Of a stretch of 64,000 nucleotides of DNA, positions 59,443 to 64,000 are shown piece by piece. The translations under genes were made by a program, and so were the position numbers. Source of the DNA: Vicinamibacteria bacterium. GTDB lineage: Bacteria; Acidobacteriota; Vicinamibacteria; Marinacidobacterales; Marinacidobacteraceae. Every line of letters begins with the position of its first letter. Positions within the stretch are counted from its first letter, which is position 1. The stretch is from assembly GCA_963555995.3 (NCBI GenBank), contig OY821641.1, forward strand, positions 896,001-960,000, given 5' to 3'. Below the pieces are notes generated by a model. That model searched no databases. It was given only the letters and a program-made list of their open reading frames with translations, and was not told the DNA's origin.

Positions 59443-59604
59443 GGGAGCGCCGGTCTTCAGACCGGCACGCGCCGCGCGACAGCGCGGGGCACGGCACGAC
59501 GCTGAGCGGCCCGGTGGTGCTCTCACTCGGTTCATCACCGCACACAGCCACACGACAGCCGCGGGCCTGCGGCCCGCTGTGCCGCTCTGAAGAGCGGCGC
59601 TCCC
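59443..59604. repeat. REPIN-like doublet
   Basis: GGGAGCGCCGGTCTTCAGACCGGCA ... TGCCGCTCTGAAGAGCGGCGCTCCC. Confidence 0.9.
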
Positions 59605-59663
59605 AGTCGTTCCGCCGTTTTTCATGAGTTGACGGGGCGGTATCCGTCAGAATGTGCGGTCGG

Positions 59664-60434
59664 ATGACCGCCCGGGAGCAGTTCCTCGAACCCGACGATC
59701 CGGGGCGCGCCCGGCTGGCGCTGAGCTGGTCGCCGGGAACCGCCGCCGCGGCGCCGGTGTGGGTCTTCCTGCACGGGTTGGGTTCCGACCGCCAGGGGGA
59801 CAAGGCCCGGCGGTTCCGCGACCACCTCGCCGGACGTGGACCCGGGTTCCTGGCGCTCGACTTCACCGGGCACGGCGCATCGGGGGGCGACTGCCGGGGC
59901 CTCTCGCTGACCCGCAACCTCGAGGACATCGGCCGCGCCGGTTCGTTCCTGAGGGAGGAGGCTCCGGCATCCCCGGTCGTCCTGGTCGGCTCCTCGATGG
60001 GGGGGATCGCCGCCCTCTGGTACGCGGCCCTCCATCCCGGTGACGTGCAGCGCGTCTTCGCCATCGCTCCCGCCTTCCTGATGGCGGCGCGCTTTGCGGC
60101 CAGCCTGTCCGCCGCCGCGCGGCGGGACTGGGGCGAGCGCGGGTTCCTCTCCGTGCCGGTGGGCGACCGGGATCTCGAAATCGGCTGGGGCGTCGTCGCG
60201 GACGAGGACCGCTACCCGATGGAGCGGCTGGCGGAGACGCTGCGCACGCCCTCGCTGCTGGTCCACGGGGCCGAAGACGCCGTGGTGCCCCCGGAGCTGT
60301 CGCGTGACTTCGCCGAGCTCTGTCCCGTGGCGGAACTCACGGAGATCGAGGACGGGGACCACCGGCTGAGCGAGCACAAGGACCTGCTCTTCGAACTCAT
60401 GTGGACCGCCGCCGCGGGCGTCCCGGGGACCTGA
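59664..60434 (+). CDS. Alpha/beta hydrolase
   Basis: FLHGLGSD, DFTGHG.S, VGSSMGG, VHG.ED.VVP, DGDHRL. Confidence 0.88.
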   Translation: MTAREQFLEPDDPGRARLALSWSPGTAAAAPVWVFLHGLGSDRQGDKARRFRDHLAGRGPGFLALDFTGHGASGGDCRGLSLTRNLEDIGRAGSFLREEAPASPVVLVGSSMGGIAALWYAALHPGDVQRVFAIAPAFLMAARFAASLSAAARRDWGERGFLSVPVGDRDLEIGWGVVADEDRYPMERLAETLRTPSLLVHGAEDAVVPPELSRDFAELCPVAELTEIEDGDHRLSEHKDLLFELMWTAAAGVPGT

Positions 60435-61507
60435 TGTCCTCCCTGTTCATCGCCCTGAGCGTTTACGCAGCGGTCCTGGTGACCGCCTTCGGCGCCGGGC
60501 TCGTGATCGAGCGCGCGGCGCGCGCCTTCTTCCGCAGGAAGGCGGCGAAGACGCGCACCGATTGGGACGACTGGCTCGCTGCGGAGGGGTTCCACCTGGT
60601 GCCGTCCCTGCTGCTGGCGGTGTTCGCCACCCGGGTCCTGATGGTCGTGCGTCCCCCGGCGGACGCGGTGGAACCCATGGTGACCACCGGCCTGCAGGTC
60701 GTGCTGGTGTTCGCCGCGATGCGGGTGGCGGCGGACCTCGGGCTGGCCAGCCTCCGCATCCGCCAGCAGCGGCTCGGCGAACAGGGCGTCTCCATCCTCC
60801 GCAACACGCTGGTCGGGGTGGCCCTGACGGTCGGGGTCGTCATCGTCCTGGACCAGTTCGGGATCTCGGTGGCGCCGCTGCTCGCGACCCTCGGGGTCGG
60901 AGCGCTCGCCTTCGCGCTGGCGCTCCAGCCGACGCTCGGCAACATCTTCGCCGGAATCCAGTTGGTCGCCGCCGCGCAGTTCAAGGTGGGCGACTTCCTG
61001 CGGGTGAACGACGCGGGGGTCGAGGGGTACGTCACCGACATCGGCTGGCGCACCACCACCCTGCGGACCCTGCTCGACAACCACGTGATCATCCCGAACT
61101 CGCAGCTCGCGGACTCGGTGCTGACGAACCTCTACACCCCCGACCCGCGGGTGCGGCTGAGCATCGCGGTGGGCGTCCACTACGACACCGACCTGGAGGA
61201 GGCCGAGCGGATCGCGCGGGAGGTGATCCGCGAAGTCCAGGACGGGACCGAGGCGGGCGTCTCCGGTTTCGCGGGCGACATCCGCTGGACGGCGTTCGGG
61301 GACTCGGCGATCACCTACGACGCGATCCTGCAGGCGAAGAAGCCGCTCGACCGGTTCGATCTGGCGAGCGCCTTCATCAAGCGGCTCCACCGGCGGTACG
61401 ACGAGGCGGACATCGAGATCCCCTATCCCATCCGCAACCTCTACCTGCGCACCGGGCTGGAAGTGACGGAGTCGCGCCGGCAGGCGTCCGCTCCCTCCCG
61501 CGACTGA
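60434..61507 (+). CDS. MscS-family mechanosensitive channel
   Basis: LGVGALAFALALQPTLGNIFAGI, GD, G.V.DIGWRTT, IPNS, FGDS, IEIPYP. Confidence 0.92.
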   Translation: MSSLFIALSVYAAVLVTAFGAGLVIERAARAFFRRKAAKTRTDWDDWLAAEGFHLVPSLLLAVFATRVLMVVRPPADAVEPMVTTGLQVVLVFAAMRVAADLGLASLRIRQQRLGEQGVSILRNTLVGVALTVGVVIVLDQFGISVAPLLATLGVGALAFALALQPTLGNIFAGIQLVAAAQFKVGDFLRVNDAGVEGYVTDIGWRTTTLRTLLDNHVIIPNSQLADSVLTNLYTPDPRVRLSIAVGVHYDTDLEEAERIAREVIREVQDGTEAGVSGFAGDIRWTAFGDSAITYDAILQAKKPLDRFDLASAFIKRLHRRYDEADIEIPYPIRNLYLRTGLEVTESRRQASAPSRD

Positions 61508-61559
61508 GCCGAAACGGACATACTCCGTCCGGCGGCCCCGCCGCGAAGGAGGTTCCCAG

Positions 61560-63311
61560 GTGACATCAGAAAGCCCCACCGGCTCCGGCTCGGGCGCCGA
61601 GAGTTCCGTCCGCTACCAGCCGAACGAGAGGCCCCCCGAGGCGCTCGCCTTCGGGATGGGCCTCCAGATGGCGATCCTCCAGATCACCGGCGTCGTCCTC
61701 ACCCCGGCCCTCGTGATCCGTTCCGCCGGACTCGGCGAGCCGTACCTCTCCTGGGCGATCTTCGCGGCACTCGCGGTGAGCGGGGCCTCCACCATGCTCC
61801 AGTCGCAGCGGATCGGCCGCTTCGGCGCGGGCCACGTGCTGCTGATGGGGACCTCCGGCGCGTTCATCGCGATCTCGGTGGCGGCGCTCGCGCAGGGCGG
61901 GCCGGCGCTCCTCGCCGTGCTGGTGCTCGCGTCGAGCCTCTTCCAGTTCGGGCTCGCCTACCGGCTCGCCTGGCTCCGCCGCGTCGTCACCCCGACGGTG
62001 GCGGGGATCGTGATCATGCTCATCGCGGCGACCATCATGCCGATCGCCTTCCCGCTGCTCGGCGAGGTCCCCGCAGGCGCTTCGCCGCTCTCGGGCCCGC
62101 TGTGTGCGGGAGTGGCGCTCGGGGTGTTCGCGGTCCTCGCGCTCCGCGGCCAGGGGATGTTCCGGCTATGGGCGCCGCTGATCGGCGTGGTCAGCGGTTC
62201 GGTCGTCGGCGTTCTCTTCGGCATCTTCGACTTCGCGACCGTCGGCGCCGCCGGCTGGTTCGGGATTCCGTCCGGCTGGCCGGGGTTCGATCTGAGCTTC
62301 GGCGCCTCCTTCTGGGCGCTGCTGCCGGCCTTCATCTTCGTGACCCTGATCGGCGCGATCGAGACCATCGGCGATTCCATCGCCATCCAGCGGGCCTCGT
62401 GGCGGAAGCCGCGGGCCCCGGACTACCGGGTGGTGGCGGGGGCGGTCTATGCCGACGGGGTCGGCAACCTGCTCTCCGGAATCGCCGGGACGGTGCCGAA
62501 CACCACCTACTCCAACAGCGTCTCGATCACCGAGCTCACCGGCGTGGCCTCGCGCCGGGTCGGGGTCTGGATCGGGGTCTGTTTCGTCGGGCTGGCGCTC
62601 TCGCCGAAGGTGGCGGCGCTCTTCCTGGCGGTTCCCGCCCCGGTGGTGGGCGCCTTCATCATCGGCCTGATCGGGATCCTGTTCAGTCTCGGCCTGCACA
62701 TGGTGGCCAAGGACGGCATGGACATCCAGAAGGCGGTCGTCGTAGGGCTCTCCTTCTGGATCGGGAGCGGCTTCCAGCACGGCGCGATCTTCCCGGACTT
62801 CCAGGGAGGCTTCGCCGGCGCGCTGCTGGACAACGGCATGACCGCCGGTGGCCTGGTGGCGATCCTGCTGATGGTCTTCCTCAACCTGACCGGCGCGCGG
62901 CCGCGGCGGCTCGCCACCAGCCTCGACCTCGCCGCGGGAGCGAAGATTGAGGAGTTCCTGACCGGTCAGGCCGAACGGCGCGGCTGGGACCGGGGCGCCA
63001 TCATGCGGCTGGCTTCCGCTGCCGAAGAGGCCCTGCTCACCCTGCTCGAGACCGGGGATCCGACCGCCGCGGACGCCCGCCAGCTCCGGTTGACCGCCCG
63101 TACCGGCCGGCACTCGGCCGAACTGGAGTTCGTGGCCGCCGCCGGCGACGTCAACATCGAGGACCGCCTGGCGATGATGCGCGACCGGCGCGAGCTCGAC
63201 GACGAGCGGGAGATCTCGCTGCGCCTGCTGCGGCACTACGCGAGTTCGGTGCGCCACCAGAAGTACTACGACGTGGACATCGTGACGGTGGAGGTCGCCG
63301 GGCACTCCTGA
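61560..63311 (+). CDS. NCS2 (xanthine/uracil) permease with a C-terminal HATPase/RsbW-like extension
   Basis: YQPNERPP, ETIGD, ADGVG, PNTTYSNS...TGVASRRVG, P.PVVG, followed by an approximately 130-aa soluble tail. Confidence 0.85.
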   Translation: MTSESPTGSGSGAESSVRYQPNERPPEALAFGMGLQMAILQITGVVLTPALVIRSAGLGEPYLSWAIFAALAVSGASTMLQSQRIGRFGAGHVLLMGTSGAFIAISVAALAQGGPALLAVLVLASSLFQFGLAYRLAWLRRVVTPTVAGIVIMLIAATIMPIAFPLLGEVPAGASPLSGPLCAGVALGVFAVLALRGQGMFRLWAPLIGVVSGSVVGVLFGIFDFATVGAAGWFGIPSGWPGFDLSFGASFWALLPAFIFVTLIGAIETIGDSIAIQRASWRKPRAPDYRVVAGAVYADGVGNLLSGIAGTVPNTTYSNSVSITELTGVASRRVGVWIGVCFVGLALSPKVAALFLAVPAPVVGAFIIGLIGILFSLGLHMVAKDGMDIQKAVVVGLSFWIGSGFQHGAIFPDFQGGFAGALLDNGMTAGGLVAILLMVFLNLTGARPRRLATSLDLAAGAKIEEFLTGQAERRGWDRGAIMRLASAAEEALLTLLETGDPTAADARQLRLTARTGRHSAELEFVAAAGDVNIEDRLAMMRDRRELDDEREISLRLLRHYASSVRHQKYYDVDIVTVEVAGHS

Positions 63312-63328
63312 GCCGACCCGGCAATTAA

Positions 63329-63507
63329 CAGCCTGTGGCAAAACCCACGCGGCGTTCGAGCGGCGATGCATCCCGCCTGAACCGCGCCTCTACGAGGCGC
63401 TCTGCGTTGCGTTTCGGTCGGAATACACCCGGTATTCCTCCCTCACGCGCCTTGTCAGCCGGGCGCCTCGCCGCTCTCGGCGCTCACGTGGGTTTCACCA
63501 CAGGCTG
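63329..63507. mobile_element. 179-bp MITE, copy 2 (inverted relative to copy 1)
   Basis: Same TIRs, TTAA direct repeat at 63325-28 and 63508-11. Confidence 0.9.
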
Positions 63508-63518
63508 TTAACACCGGC

Positions 63519-64000
63519 ATGATCGCCCTCCGTCGTCGCGCCGTCACGGCGGCGGTCGCGTTCGGGGCGCTCGCCCTGGCGGCGGCGGCGGGGGCGGAGT
63601 CGTGGACGCTGACGGCCGGCGAGGTGCGGGTCCGGTGCCGGCTCACCGTGGGGGGAAGCTTCGACGCGGTCACCTCCGCCATCTCCGGCGTCCTCCGGCT
63701 GGAGAACGCCGGAGCCCCCGAGGAGGCGGGCCGGGTCCGGGTGGGACTGGACTCCCTGGACACCGGCATCGGACTCCGGAACACCCACCTTCGCGAGACC
63801 TACCTGGAAGTGGACCGCGGCGAGGCGTTCCGCGAGGCGGTGCTGACCGGGGTGGAGCTGGCCGAACCGATGCCTTCCGGAGGTCGGGACCACGAGACGA
63901 CGTTTGCGGGACTGCTGTCGCTCCACGGGACGGAGCGGCGGGTTGCGGGAGAGGCGCGGCTGGTGCGGCGGGCGGGAGGTGTCCGGGTCGAGGCCGAGTT
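63519..64000 (+). CDS. YceI-family protein (runs off window end)
   Basis: Signal peptide, V.LDSLDTGIGLRNTHLR, GLLSLHG. Confidence 0.8.
   Translation, partial: MIALRRRAVTAAVAFGALALAAAAGAESWTLTAGEVRVRCRLTVGGSFDAVTSAISGVLRLENAGAPEEAGRVRVGLDSLDTGIGLRNTHLRETYLEVDRGEAFREAVLTGVELAEPMPSGGRDHETTFAGLLSLHGTERRVAGEARLVRRAGGVRVEAE

Overview
High-GC bacterial chromosome segment. The gene set and style suggest Acidobacteriota, possibly a host-associated lineage (inference only). The backbone is housekeeping: nrdR, ftcD, pgpA-cinA-thpR, ribD/ribE/ribBA, efp-epmA, yceD-rpmF-fabD-fabG-acpP-fabF, mutY-leuS-lptE-holA, mgtE-recO-glyQ-glyS, mutL, bshA and udgB. An accessory region at about 14.1-29.5 kb holds an IS256-interrupted HsdR_N-type nuclease with a SeqA-like C-terminus, a decayed LD-carboxypeptidase fragment, a Schlafen/AlbA_2-RecG_C protein, a duplicated small membrane-protein cassette flanking an intact LD-carboxypeptidase, an arsR-arsI/cadI operon and a SmaI-like type II R-M pair. 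The most unusual element is a non-coding array at about 18390-18950: 15 precisely phased 16-bp motifs (32/33/32-bp spacing, 97-bp higher-order unit) plus 2 outlying copies, one of which covers the start codon of a predicted amphipathic-linker-wHTH protein. That gene is divergent from the AlbA_2 gene, which lacks its usual wHTH. The window also has about 27 REP hairpins, many paired around a conserved structured cargo (REPIN-like), and two copies of a 179-bp MITE with 4-bp TTAR target duplications. I saw no CRISPR array, rRNA or tRNA. All homology calls come from motif recognition by eye, not from database searches.
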